A DNA stretch of 36,706 nt from Octopus bimaculoides. Taxonomy: Eukaryota. The notes under the pieces were generated by a model, which was given only the letters and a program-made list of their open reading frames with translations, had not been told where the DNA came from and did no database searches. A program made the position numbers and the translations under genes. Numbering within the stretch: position 1 is the first letter of the stretch; the number at the start of each line of letters is the position of its first letter. This document shows positions 1 to 12,171 of the stretch, one piece after another. Where the stretch lies: contig NC_068988.1 of assembly GCF_001194135.2 (NCBI RefSeq), forward strand, positions 30,342,218-30,378,923. The letters run 5' to 3'.

Positions 1-711
1 GTGGAAGTTGAAAAATGGAGAATGGGGTGGGAAGAAAAATGTTCATTTATTTATTGTAAATTGATGAGTAAAGATTGTGTGTTAAGTAAATTGTTTATAA
101 TTAGAAGATGTAGCACAAGTTTAATAACAGGTTGTTTTTATCTAAATATCAACATATCTGCAGGTATTTGAGCAAAAATAATATCATTGTGTTTAAGTAT
201 AGTTCTTTGATCAGAGGCTCATTATCTCTACACTTTTACATCAATTAAGAAGATATTTCCAAACGTTAGAGGAAATGGGGGGGGGGGAAGACAGAGATAA
301 ATAGATACATAGATAGAGTTTTAGTCAGATTTAATGATAAGATATCAGTTTACTGGTTCTGTTAAGAGCAATGACCTATCTACTGACATCTAACTCGTCA
401 ACAATTAAAAAAACAACAACTCTGCTTGATTAATTGATTTAGTATTATTTAAGGCCATTGCAAAGCCTATGGGTCTATGGTAGAATTTAGACAAATGTTC
501 TTTGCACTATGATGGAACAGGAAGTATTCTTTTCTGCTAATTGAAGATTGGAACAGGATAACACAGCACAATCGTTTGATGACAAAGCCTGAGAAGAATA
601 TTTCACTATCTTCAAACTGGATTTTCTGTCATTATGGGCCCCAAAGCACATATCTAATGTGAAAAAAAAATCTCCAAAACAACTTCATGTAGGAAAACAT
701 CTCTCATAGAC

Positions 712-827
712 ACAGGATTGGCTGTGTGGTAAAAAGCTTGCTTACCAACCACATGGTTCTGGGTTCATTCCCACTGTGTGGCACCTTGGGCAAGTGTCTT
801 CTACTATAGCCTCGAACCAACCAAAGC
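712..827 (+). mobile_element. SINE family A head (tRNA-derived, CORE-like), truncated
   Basis: TGGCTGTGTGG A-box-like, GGTTCATTCCC B-box-like, CACCTTGGGCAAGTGTCTT CORE-like segment; matches the full-length copy at 14629. Confidence 0.85.
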
Positions 828-829
828 TT

Positions 830-973
830 TATGGGCTTTTTTCAGTTTCCATTGACCAAATCTACTCACAAGGCTTTGGTTGGCCCAGGGCTATAACAGA
901 AGACACTTGCCCAAGGTGGCATCAAGAGGGACTGAACCTGGGAAGTAAGCTTCTTAACCACACCTGTGCCTGT
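830..973 (-). mobile_element. SINE family A head, inverted relative to 712-827
   Basis: AGAAGACACTTGCCCAAGGTG (898-918) is the exact reverse complement of 782-802. Confidence 0.8.
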
Positions 974-1349
974 TATATAAATATAAGAGAGTGTAGCATG
1001 TCGAAAACAAACAAAATTAAATTAAAAAAAAAAACACGAAGCAGAACCAGCCATTAAGAAATGGATAGCAGATATATGATATGCATAAGGTATTAATGGA
1101 ATTCAACAAGTCAGTTTAATTGACTTAATTCTGAAAAAAAAAAAAAATGAAAAATATATGAAAAATAAAATGAAAAATAAATGAAAAAAAAAATGAAAAA
1201 TATAGGAAAAAAAATTCTTGTTTTTGAATTTATTTAAAAAGCGTAAATAAAAAATTTTAGGAACTTTGAATTAATTTCATAGGTCACTCTGTATTTTAAT
1301 TTAGAATCCTTCTTTGATAAACATGTGAGCCGTATTAATAAAATATAAT

Positions 1350-1850
1350 CATTGTTATCTAAGTTTCTTAGTGTTTACACAACTCTCTATAAAAAGACAG
1401 ATGAATCATATTTCAAAGTAATAATATCCACCACCAGGCAACACTGGTCTCCACAACAAGGCATTGTTGAGAAGAACCAAACTCAACTCACACTGTCTAG
1501 AGTCATTTTTCGAAAACTTTTTTATGGCAATCTAGGATTCTTCACATAGCCAAAACCCAAAACCATATCGCACAGACTGGTTTGCTGTAGAATACCAGAT
1601 AATGCTCTGGCCCTACAACAGCTACTGACACTTCTTCGTAAAAATACAAACTTGCCAATCATTAAAATAGTGTTAATATATCTGGAGCAGAACATCCACT
1701 TTTATACATAAACAGTCTAGACAGTAGCCAAGAAAAAGCCAAATTGTTTGATATGCAAACATACACTCAACTGTCTTAGACACTTTGTTATCTGGCTGTG
1801 TTTCTTGCAGTTAACATATTTGGCCTTGATTCTTCAGAACTAACCATTTT
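1350..1850 (+). mobile_element. Possible highly decayed LINE ORF2 fragment (CR1/L2-like)
   Basis: Broken coding-like stretch; SQEKAKLF (~1727-1750) loosely resembles the KAxLF motif between LINE endonuclease and RT. No intact motif seen. Confidence 0.2.
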
Positions 1851-3069
1851 CAAGCCACTTACATCCACTCTCCACCATCACCACTGCTACTGTATCTCAA
1901 ATTTCATTTTCCTCACTAAACATTTTGACCAAGCCTTCTTATCTAGAACTGCATTCCACAGTAACTCCCTCTCCATTCATCTTTTCTCTTTCAACAACAA
2001 CCATCATTCAAACTGAGCATTAATTACTTTGAGAGATTCTAAAAAGGTCACAGAAGCTGCCCTTTCTTCTTTAAGTGACAAATACAAAATAAAAATCTAA
2101 TGACGCTGACATAAAATATAATGCTTTAAAATATAAAACTGAGTTAAAACCCAACGGCTTCTGATTTATTAGACCAGTGGTTTTCAACTGGGGCTCAAAA
2201 TTGACAGAAAAATATGAACACTTAAGGGTTGAATGCTTAAGGGTTAATGTAGCAGGTTAAAACTGACTTTGATTTTAACCCTTTGTCTATCCAAAGTATT
2301 TTCATAAGTTTGTCTTAAACATTCATGTTTTGCTTTCAGACTTTTAGTTAGCCCTGGTTCCATAGGTTCTGAGTAATATGAAATAGTCTTGTCATAAGTC
2401 CCAAATTACACTTGTGGTTGAAAAGAAAAAAACAAAACAAACAAACAAACAAAGCAAAAAAAAAAAAAAAACTGGGAATGTGTACATATATGATGTTTGG
2501 ATGCCAAGGAAATAAATCTTGTGTGTCACATATGACTCATAGAACAAACAAAGGGTTAACAATACAAGTATTTATTTTTACCTGACAAACAAATTCTAAT
2601 TTATTGACATTTATAAAAAAAGTTGAACCTATCTTCTAACGAGTTAAACATCAGGGCAAAATAATTGATGATACACTGACAACATTAACTCTTTGATAGT
2701 CCGATGCATAAAAAAGGAAATAAAGTAACGAAAAAAACCAAGTGATGGTATTAAGGCCTCCACCTCACCAGTAATAAAACTGCATCAATCATGCTCACAG
2801 CAACCAAAGCTGGTTGGTTGTTTCTGTGTCATGGCTCTGTGCTAACTGGGACCACTCAATAATACTTAATGATTATCAGTTGCAACTTCAGTGCATCAGA
2901 TCATCATGTACACTCAATAATAATAATAATACTACAATAAGAGATTCGTTTTTTTTTTTTCATCTACATCTCATGTGATGATGATACACTTGTAATTCAG
3001 CCGATTTACTATGTGTTCTAAAGGACAAGGGAAGAGTTAAAAAACAGAACATTTAAACATCAATATATC

Positions 3070-3299
3070 AATACACACACACACACACAGATACACACAC
3101 ACACATAGATACACACACACATACATACATACACACACATATCTCATAAAATAGATCTTGACTACAATTTTCAAATATGATAGTTCAGCTATGTGTGTGT
3201 ATGTGTATATAATATAATACACACACACACATATATATATACACACACACATTTATATACACACAAATATTCACATATACAAACACACACATATATATC

Positions 3300-3353
<54 letters not shown>

Positions 3354-3382
3354 TACACACCCATATGAATATTCACACACAC
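3070..3382. repeat. Compound (CA)n/(TA)n microsatellite
   Basis: Directly visible dinucleotide runs; explains ORFs 3037-3252, 3189-3380 and 3193-3492. Confidence 0.95.
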
Positions 3383-4301
3383 GTATCTGTCTGTCATTTG
3401 AAAATGTAAACCTACAATTTTACCTTTCTCTGTTGACTTTAATTATATTGATTATCTTAATTAGCAAATTACATGTAGATATATATGATTAAATGGTAAG
3501 ATACCACCTAATTTTCAACGCATGTATGCTGTACAATATATGATAATCATAATTAGTGACTTTCTCCCGCTTACCTCCCACTGCTCCCTTCATTAGTGAC
3601 AAATTAAAACAACTGTATGATTTGACAATAATTGGAGAAAAAGAGCATTGTTCACTTAACGAACAATGCCATTGTTCATCAATCTTACGGAATACATTAG
3701 TTTAAAAAGCATTCCAATGGATTTGTCAACAAACAGCTTACACTTTAGTTACACTTCTAGAATATCTATAAGATTTCATCCTGATACACACAACTATGCA
3801 TTAGAATACTCATATTTCACCCTCCTGAAAAGGAGCAAGATTGACATACTCGTTTATGATCTTAATTGGATATTAATATTTTGGTAATCACCGTAGTGTA
3901 AAATTATGCGGTCAGGGGAGCCAAGTTCATAAACTAGTTTATACTTCCAGGCTGCAGCTATTTCATTCATTCACATTAGATTCGTTCAAAGCCATAATCC
4001 TCACAACTCTCATTTCCCCTTTTCCTTAAAATCTTGGCTTTCATGTCTACCTGAATAAAAGATTAGCAAAACACTCTCCCTAACACACATTAACAATAAT
4101 AGCAAGCAACATCTAGAATGGATATGATTATATATATATACATGTCCAACCCATGCTAGCATGGAAAGCGGACGTTAANNNNNNNNNNNNNNNNNNNNNN
4201 NNNNNNNNNNNNNNNNNNNNNNNNNNNNNNNNNNNNNNNNNNNNNNNNNNNNNNNNNNNNNNNNNNNNNNNNNNNNNNCACACACACACACACACACAAA
4301 C

Positions 4302-4416
4302 AGAAAATGGAGAAATATTGATCAGCAACAATTGACTAACATCTACAGTCTATTTGTATTAAAAAGTAATAATTGATGTTAGTGAATTGCTGTTGATCAA
4401 TATTTCTCCATTTTCT
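4302..4416. repeat. Inverted repeat, 42-bp arms (39/42), 31-nt spacer
   Basis: 4302-4343 vs reverse complement of 4375-4416, aligned by hand. Confidence 0.9.
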
Positions 4417-4555
4417 TTTTACTTTAAATTTGATTCACGATAAACTCATGTTTATCTTTGTCATTACCTGTAACCTATGAGCATATTATGCCTGCATATG
4501 TACGTCCAGGGTTAACATAGGTAATTATACTGGTAGTAAAACGGATATTTCATCC

Positions 4556-4675
4556 CGAAAATGGAGTTATAGCATTCAATAAAAATTTATTATCTTCAAA
4601 AATCAAACATAGTCCCTGACACATTTGATTTTTGCAGATAATAGATTTTTATTGAATGCTGTATCTCCAGTTTCG
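4556..4675. repeat. Inverted repeat, 52-bp arms (47/52), 16-nt spacer
   Basis: 4556-4607 vs reverse complement of 4624-4675, aligned by hand. Confidence 0.9.
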
Positions 4676-4880
4676 TAGTTTCTTTTAAATGATTATAAAC
4701 TATGATTTATACATAAAACTATTGTTTTATGAATATTATTATTTACAACAACAAATATTAAGGCATTGAACCAGTAATTCATTGGATGATACCATTCCTT
4801 AATAAGGCTAATTTAACCTCTAATTGAGTGAGTGCATATATATATATATATTGGTCTATCAATCTATCTATATATAGGTA

Positions 4881-4924
<44 letters not shown>

Positions 4925-5964
4925 TGTGTCAATCTTTTTATATATCATGCTAGCATGAAAGGTGGACGTTAAATGATGATGATGATGATGATGATGATGA
5001 TATATATAAGAAAAGAGATGACAAAGAAACAAACGGTTATCTTATGAAGTCCAATAGCTTACAGCCGTTTCCACTATAAGATGTGGGGGACACTCATAAT
5101 TGAGTGCCTTCTGTACTCAACTAACACCTTGTCCAGAGGCATACGTATATTGAGTCCTACACAAAGTTATTAGTATCACAATGACTAAGAAAAATATTAA
5201 AACATTATATATATATATATATATATATATAGTCATATCAATAGAGAAATGACAAAAAAGCAGAAGAGTATCTCGAACGATATTTTATGAACTTTAAAAA
5301 TTCTCAGAAGACAGAGTATGATATGGTGCAGTGTGTGGAATAAAGACACACTCTGTAAAAATGATTGAAAATTTTGTAATTGAAAATATATTTTATTGAG
5401 GTTACAAAGCAAAAATTCAACTAAATATTAAATCAAAACTATAAGATATGCTGTAATGGGCGATATTTAAAGCCAGAGCAACGAAAAACAAGATGTGTAT
5501 ATGAAGAAATGTTGAAGTAATGGAAAGAAAAATCAATACTATTATTTTTTTTCTTTCTTAGTGGCCTGTGAAATATCTTTCTTCCGACTTGCTATTTTTC
5601 TTTATTAAAAGGGGGAAAAAAAAAAGAAATTGTAAAATAACAATAAAAAAGTAGAAATGGAGAGTTCATTGCTAGAAGGTTCTTTCGGTAAATCTGGATT
5701 AGAAATATAGATATATTTTTTTTTTTTACTTCTTTCAAACTTCAATAGATTAATAACTGGAGAGACAAATATGCTGGATGTGACTTTGAAATAGATGCAG
5801 TTCTAAATAAAATCATTTGCATACAGTTTAGTATTGGGTGTTGGGAGAAGGACTTCATTTATAGCAAAGTGAGGTGAATTGATACAAGCAGAGAAATATT
5901 ATGGTGTTAGTAGGGTTGATCTTGAGACAAAGAATTCTCAAGGCAGAGCTTGTTGAAGATTGAA

Positions 5965-6252
5965 TAAAAGCACATAAAAAACACAGGTGCTGGTGTCATG
6001 TAGAAAGCACTGGTGCTGGTGCCACGTAAAAAGCACAGATGCTGGTGCCACATGAAAAGCACTGGTGGTGCTATGTAAAAAGCACCCAGTACACTCTATA
6101 AAGTGATTGGTGTCAGGAAGGGCATCCAGCCATAGAGACCAAGCCAAAACAGACGATGGAATCTGGCCTTGGCAACTCCTGGCAAACCACTCAACCCATG
6201 GAAAACAGACATTAAATTATGATGATGATGATGATGATGATAATGATGAGGA
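5965..6252 (+). mobile_element. Meta-domain-like retroelement 3' module with internal ~26-bp tandem repeats and (GAT)n tail (family M)
   Basis: TTGGTGTCAGGAAGGGCATCCAGC Meta-like core; CAACCCATG...AAAACAGACATTAAA(TGA)n tail; about four GTGCTGGTGCCACGTAAAAAGCA-type units. Confidence 0.75.
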
Positions 6253-6394
6253 TGAAAGCAATACAAGACAATATGGAGTTAAGCTAAAAGACTGAGGTTA
6301 CAAAAAACTGATGGTAGGCTAAAAGACTGAGGTTAACATTGGGAGTAAGAGAGTCAATCAAACAACCTTTTACAATTATGTAATTGAAGATATG

Positions 6395-6575
6395 GGCAGA
6401 ACTATGTTGTCAAAAGCTTGCTTTGCTACCACATGGTATCAGGTTCAGTCCCACTGTGTGGCACCTTGTGCAAGTGTCCTCTATAATAACTTCAGGCTGA
6501 TCAAATCCTTGAGTGAATTTGGTAGATGGAAACTGTGGAAGCCTGTCATCTATATATATATGTGTGTGTGTGTGT
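6395..6575 (+). mobile_element. SINE family A, 5' half, diverged
   Basis: GGTTCAGTCCCACTGTGTGGCACCTTGTGCAAGTGTC...GGTAGATGGAAACTG then (TA)(TG) run. Confidence 0.8.
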
Positions 6576-7479
6576 GTTTTACTTTCTTCTTTGCCTTGAC
6601 ACATTGCATGATACTTGTAAACGAGTGTCACTCTCATGCAAGCAGTGTCCTTCGGTTCCGTTTAAGCCATGTGACAATGGAAAAGTTGATGTTAAAATCA
6701 TGACAGAGTTCTTTTAGCTTTTGTCTATCAAATCCACTCACAAAGCTTTGGATGGCCATGCCACATAGTAGAGAACTTAATAGTAATGTATATGACTTGA
6801 GATGTTTGCTCTGCCNNNNNNNNNNNNNNNNNNNNNNNNNNNNNNNNNNNNNNNNNNNNNNNNNNNNNNNNNNNNNNNNNNNNNNNNNNNNNNNNNNNNN
6901 NNNNNNNNNNNNNNNNNNNNNNNNNNNNNNNNNNNNNNNNNNNNNNNNNNNNNNNNNNNNNNNNNNNNNNNNNNNNNNNNNNNNNNNNNNNNNNNNNNNN
7001 NNNNNNNNNNNNNNNNNNNNNNNNNNNNNNNNNNNNNNNNNNNNNNNNNNNNNNNNNNNNNNNNNNNNNNNNNNNNNNNNNNNNNNNNNNNNNNNNNNNN
7101 NNNNNNNNNNNNNNNNNNNNNNNNNNNNNNNNNNNNNNNNNNNNNNNNNNNNNNNNNNNNNNNNNNNNNNNNNNNNNNNNNNNNNNNNNNNNNNNNNNNN
7201 NNNNNNNNNNNNNNNNNNNNNNNNNNNNNNNNNNNNNNNNNNNNNNNNNNNNNNNNNNNNNNNNNNNNNNNNNNNNNNNNNNNNNNNNNNNNNNNNNNNN
7301 NNNNNNNNNNNNNNNNNNNNNNNNNNNNNNNNNNNNNNNNNNNNNNNNNNNNNNNNNNNNNNNNNNNNNNNNNNNNNNNNNNNNNNNNNNNNNNNNNNNN
7401 NNNNNNNNNNNNNNNNNNNNNNNNCCCCCCCCCCCGCCAAAAACCATGAGCCTTTCACAGATCACTGATTCTTATCATT

Positions 7480-7710
7480 AGTATCTTTCTCTTTCACTTG
7501 CTTTGGCCACTGGTCCATGGCCATGCTGGAGCACTGCCTTGATGGATTTTAGTCAAAGAAATTGATAAGTACTTGTTATTTCTTTTTAAGTGGGGTACTC
7601 ATTCTATCAGTCTCTTTTGTTGAACTGCTGGATTACAGGAATGTAAACAAACCAGCACTGGCTGTCAAGTGGTGGGGTTGGTGACAAACAGACACCAAGA
7701 CACACACACA
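7480..7710 (-). mobile_element. SINE family A, 3' half, diverged
   Basis: CCATGCTGGAGCACTGCC...TGTAAACAAACCAGCAC...TGTCAAG matches the reverse complement of the 3' half of 14629-15054. Confidence 0.75.
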
Positions 7711-7724
7711 TTTTTTTCTTCTTT

Positions 7725-7927
7725 TTCTTTTACTTGTTTCAGTCATTTGACTTTGGCCATGCTGGAGCACCGCCTTTAGTCGAGAAAATCGACTCCAGGA
7801 CTTATTTTTTTGTAAGCCTAGTACTTATTCTATCGGTCTCTTTTTGCCGAACCGCTAAGTTACGGGGACGAAAACGCACCAGCATCGGTTGTCAAGCGAT
7901 GGTGGGGGGACAAACACAGACACACAA

Positions 7928-7968
<41 letters not shown>
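7725..7968 (-). mobile_element. SINE family A, 3' half, well conserved, running into (TA)n and a gap
   Basis: TTTTACTTGTTTCAGTCATTTGAC...GCCGAACCGCTAAGTTACGGGGAC...AGCATCGGTTGTCAAGCGATG is close to 15340-15545. Confidence 0.9.
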
Positions 7969-9014
7969 NNNNNNNNNNNNNNNNNNNNNNNNNNNNNNNN
8001 NNNNNNNNNNNNNNNNNNNNNNNNNNNNNNNNNNNNNNNNNNNNNNNNNNNNNNNNNNNNNNNNNNNNNNNNNNNNNNNNNNNNNNNNNNNNNNNNNNNN
8101 NNNNNNNNNNNNNNNNNNNNNNNNNNNNNNNNNNNNNNNNNNNNNNNNNNNNNNNNNNNNNNNNNNNNNNNNNNNNNNNNNNNNNNNNNNNNNNNNNNNN
8201 NNNNNNNNNNNNNNNNNNNNNNNNNNNNNNNNNNNNNNNNNNNNNNNNNNNNNNNNNNNNNNNNNNNNNNNNNNNNNNNNNNNNNNNNNNNNNNNNNNNN
8301 NNNNNNNNNNNNNNNNNNNNNNNNNNNNNNNNNNNNNNNNNNNNNNNNNNNNNNNNNNNNNNNNNNNNNNNNNNNNNNNNNNNNNNNNNNNNNNNNNNNN
8401 NNNNNNNNNNNNNNNNNNNNNNNNNNNNNNNNNNNNNNNNNNNNNNNNNNNNNNNNNNNNNNNNNNNNNNNNNNNNNNNNNNNNNNNNNNNNNNNNNNNN
8501 NNNNNNNNNNNNNNNNNNNNNNNNNNNNNNNNNNNNNNNNNNNNNNNNNNNNNNNNNNNNNNNNNNNNNNNNNNNNNNNNNNNNNNNNNNNNNNNNNNNN
8601 NNNNNNNNNNNNNNNNNNNNNNNNNNNNNNNNNNNNNNNNNNNNNNNNNNNNNNNNNNNNNNNNNNNNNNNNNNNNNNNNNNNNNNNNNNNNNNNNNNNN
8701 NNNNNNNNNNNNNNNNNNNNNNNNNNNNNNNNNNNNNNNNNNNNNNNNNNNNNNNCCCAGCGTGCTAACGTTTCTGCCAGCTTGCTGCTTTCACAGTTTC
8801 TGTCAATGAAATTTTCTCACAAGGGATTGAGTTGGTTCAGGGCTATAACAAATGACACTTGTCCAAGGTGCAGTGTACTGGGATTGAACCTCAAACCTAT
8901 ATAAGCGAGAACATGTCTGGTCATGGGGAAAATATGACACGATTGTTTGGTAAATTTGGAAAGTAGCTCTAAAATGAAAATGGTTAAAAACCATGATATA
9001 AGACACCTGAAACT

Positions 9015-9390
9015 TCTTACCTTTTATCTTTTACTCGTTTCACTCATTGGAATTTGGCCATGCTGGGGCACTGTCATGAAGTGTGAATGGATCGACCTGT
9101 AATTTTTCTTTGAAGTCTGGTACTTATTCTATTGGTCTTGTTTGCTGAACTAAGTTACATGAATGTAAACAAACCAACACTAATTGTCAGGTGATGGGGG
9201 GAGAGGACAAACACATATACAAAGGGCTTCCACACAGTTTCCATCAACCAAATTCATTCACAACGTATTAGTTGGTCAAGGGCTATAGTAAAAAAGAAAA
9301 AAACTTGCTCAAGGTGCTGCGCAGTGAGATTGAACTCCAGAACACATGTTTGCAAAGCAAGCTTCTTAACCACACAGCCATGCCTGTAGC
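9015..9390 (-). mobile_element. SINE family A, near full length, diverged
   Basis: Tail (TTTTACTCGTTTCACTCATTGG), middle and head (GCTTCTTAACCACACAGCCATGCCT) all present in order. Confidence 0.8.
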
Positions 9391-10044
9391 ATTCATCCAA
9401 TCAACTTTAAAAAAAAAAATATTATATTAGATATTATAGTCCTAAATATACTATATTTGAAAATAAGATGGCATTGTCATGCTTGGAAAGCCTTTGATTG
9501 TAGGCCTGTCTATGTTTAGCGTGTTGGAGAAGGCTTTTCCCAAACCCTTTGATATAATTATAAGTTTAGTATATAAAAATTATCTATGAGGGTTTATTTC
9601 ATGCTGACCACTTGATAAAAATCATTAACATGATTCTGTAAGTATATCTATATATACATACACACACAACTGGATTTCACAGTGTTTCTGCTTACTGAAT
9701 TCACTGAAAAGCATTAATCTTAAAATCTTGGGAGGTACAATAGGACACTTGCACGGTGGTATTGAACCTGAGACCAAACTTTTGCAAATCAAACTTCATA
9801 ACTGCATAGCCATGTGTGCATCTCTTAATTAAACCCTTCACTCCCTACAGAGCATAAGCCATTGATGACTTTGCTTAACTGTTCTCAACTCAGGGTTGTC
9901 TTTTCCGATTCTCTCCAGTTGGATTCTTTGCCTTTCCCTTACAGCTTCCTTTTGAATTTTGCTGTACTGCATCATGTTTCCCTGAGGGAAAACCCTCTTC
10001 TTCCAGACCTTGTTGGTTTTGATATGTCATTGATGCTTCCGTAA

Positions 10045-10245
10045 CTTTGTTTTCTCTAGGTAGGGGTGTTGGCCCTATGCAAACCCATTTTTATTTCAGG
10101 GAAGAACTAGTCCATATTAGTTGGGCCTATATCCTTTGACTTGTCCAGCATGGGAGGCCCCTCCAGGAGCTTGCACTCTACTAGTATAGCTTTCAGGGCA
10201 TTGAGATATACAAGCCCCTAAACCACAAGGACTGCACCTTATGGT
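10045..10245 (+). mobile_element. Possible RTE-clade LINE 5' UTR fragment
   Basis: TTTGACTTGTCCAGCATGGGAGGCCCCTCCAGGAGC...TAGTATAGCTTTCAGGGCATTGAGATATACAAGCCCCTAAACCACAAGG resembles the recurrent RTE 5' UTR motif as I recall it. Confidence 0.4.
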
Positions 10246-10559
10246 GGATGCCTGAAACTATATATAAATAACTGTTTGTGTGGCTAAGTCAGGAAGGAGA
10301 CCAATGCTTTTGACAAATTGTGGGAATCTGAACTTGGTAACAATGCTTGAAATATAGAGTACTCCACTAAGTCATTCAAGGACCCAAAGAGGGGTGTTAA
10401 AAAGGATGGTCAATGAAATCTACAAGATACAGCCCTTTCAATAAACTTCCTCATACCAGATTTGAAATTTTAAAAAATTTGTTGTGCTTGAAAAAATTGT
10501 CAATGCATGCAAAAATGAGAATTAAAATTGCTCTTGCACGCAACCAAACCCTGACAAAA

Positions 10560-10990
10560 ACTTCCCTAACCACTCATCCTTCTATCTCACACTCACTCTG
10601 CCCAATCCTCTGTACCACTTATATTCACCTTCCTGTAACTAACACATCTTCACCACCCTTTTCTAACTAGGGTAACTGTGTATCTTGTCTACAACAAGAT
10701 GCCTGTTCCTATCCCTCTATCATAGTGTAACCTCACATCATCTGGCATAAAACCACCTCCCCTCAGCCTCATTTGAGGAGTTTTTCCTTGCAAGTTACTT
10801 GGTGACCTCACAAGTGCTGGCGTTATGTAAAATGCACCCAGTACACTCTATAAAGTGGTTGATGTTAGGAAGAGCATCCAGCCGTAGAAACCATACCAAA
10901 GCAGACGATGGGATTTTGCACAGTCCTCTGGTTTGCTGGGCTCCTATCAAACCATCCAACACATGCTAGCACAGAAGGACGTTAAATCAC
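10560..10990 (+). mobile_element. Family M element with pyrimidine-rich 5' extension
   Basis: GCAAGTTACTTGGTGACCTCAC, then ATGTAAAATGCACCCAGTACACTC, GTTAGGAAGAGCATCCAGCCGTAGAAAC and tail ATGCTAGCAC...GACGTTAAA. Confidence 0.7.
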
Positions 10991-11040
10991 GACAGGTGTA
11001 GCTTTTCAAACTGATTCCAATAACCGACTATAGAACCCTC

Positions 11041-11430
11041 TTTTTGAAGAAATTAATAAAGTTACAAACCTTTAGAGATTGGAAATTTTTTTTTTTCAGA
11101 ATTTCAGCCAATCACAAAATACTGGATGTTGGAATTACCATGTGTTCCCTTAGCAAGAGACCTATACATCATCGTTAATGTCAGTTTTCCATGCTGGCAT
11201 GGGTTGAACAGTTTGACTGAGGACTGGCAAGCCAGGAAGCTGCACCAGGCTCCAATCTGATCTGTAGAAACCTTGCCAGATTAGAGTGGAGCCTGGTATA
11301 GCCTCCCAACCCATGCCAGCATGGAAGGCATGATGATGACGTATAGGTCTCTTGCTAAGGGAACACATGGTAATTCCAGAAAATAGTTCCAATCTCTAAA
11401 GGTTTGTAACTTGATTAATTTCTTCAAAAA
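11041..11430. repeat. ~390-bp fold-back: inverted family M tails plus mirrored flanks
   Basis: 11041-11084 vs 11387-11430 (43/44); 11131-11167 vs 11341-11377 (37/37); 11187-11206 vs 11307-11326 (20/20). Confidence 0.95.
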
Positions 11431-12171
11431 AGACGATTGTGATTTTCACATACAGCAGGAAAACTTACACGTGTAGAAATATTAAATATTAAAAAAAAGC
11501 TTAAGTTTGGATCTGGTGCAAAATGAAAAGATCTTAGTTTCCATTTAACCAATTTCACTCACAAATTTTGGATTGACTTGCAGCTCAGTAGAAGGCAATT
11601 GCCCAAAGTGTTGCTAAGTGAAATTAAAACCAGAACAATGCAACTGAGACACAAACCATTTAAACAGATGACCATGTCTGCTATGTGAGTGTATTTCATT
11701 TTTTTGTTTGTAACTTCACATTTTTTTAGCAAAACATATATTTCTACTACATTTCACTGTGGGTGACTGATTTCACACACATATATATAATCTACAGATC
11801 ACCCATTAGTTGCTAAAAAATTTTTTTAATTTCAGAAGGAAGAAAACAAAATGAAACAAAAGATGAGAGTTTTAAAATTTATTTTACATGACAAAAAAAA
11901 TAATTTTCATGGAACCAGAGTGAAAATTTAATCATTTAATTAATCAAACAAACTAGATATAAGCCTAATTTCTTTGTGGTTGGATATGCTTGATGAGAGG
12001 AATAATTATAATATAACAGTAGACGACAAAAGGCTTTTTATCATCAGCAATGTTTTACATCCACTCTTCCATGCAGGCATGGGTTTGGATAGTTATTCTG
12101 AAGTAGTATTTTATGACAGGAGGACCTACTTGTCATCACTCCTTTTAATGGCCTGCCCTTTATGACAAGCA

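Noticed and set aside
560-640. Minus-strand GPIMTENP resembling UBE2G2 exon 3 (GPMNEENF)
   Set aside because: Stop two codons later, no FEWEAL and no acceptor AG at the expected position.
1130-1215. (ATGAAAAA)n-like A-rich tract
   Set aside because: Low-complexity decay of a poly(A) run; no sign of function.
5965-6090. CRISPR-like array
   Set aside because: Units are contiguous with no unique spacers, inside a eukaryotic retroelement, with no cas genes.
6283-6335. 18-bp direct repeat GCTAAAAGACTGAGGTTA (period 35)
   Set aside because: Two copies only; consistent with a simple local slippage duplication.
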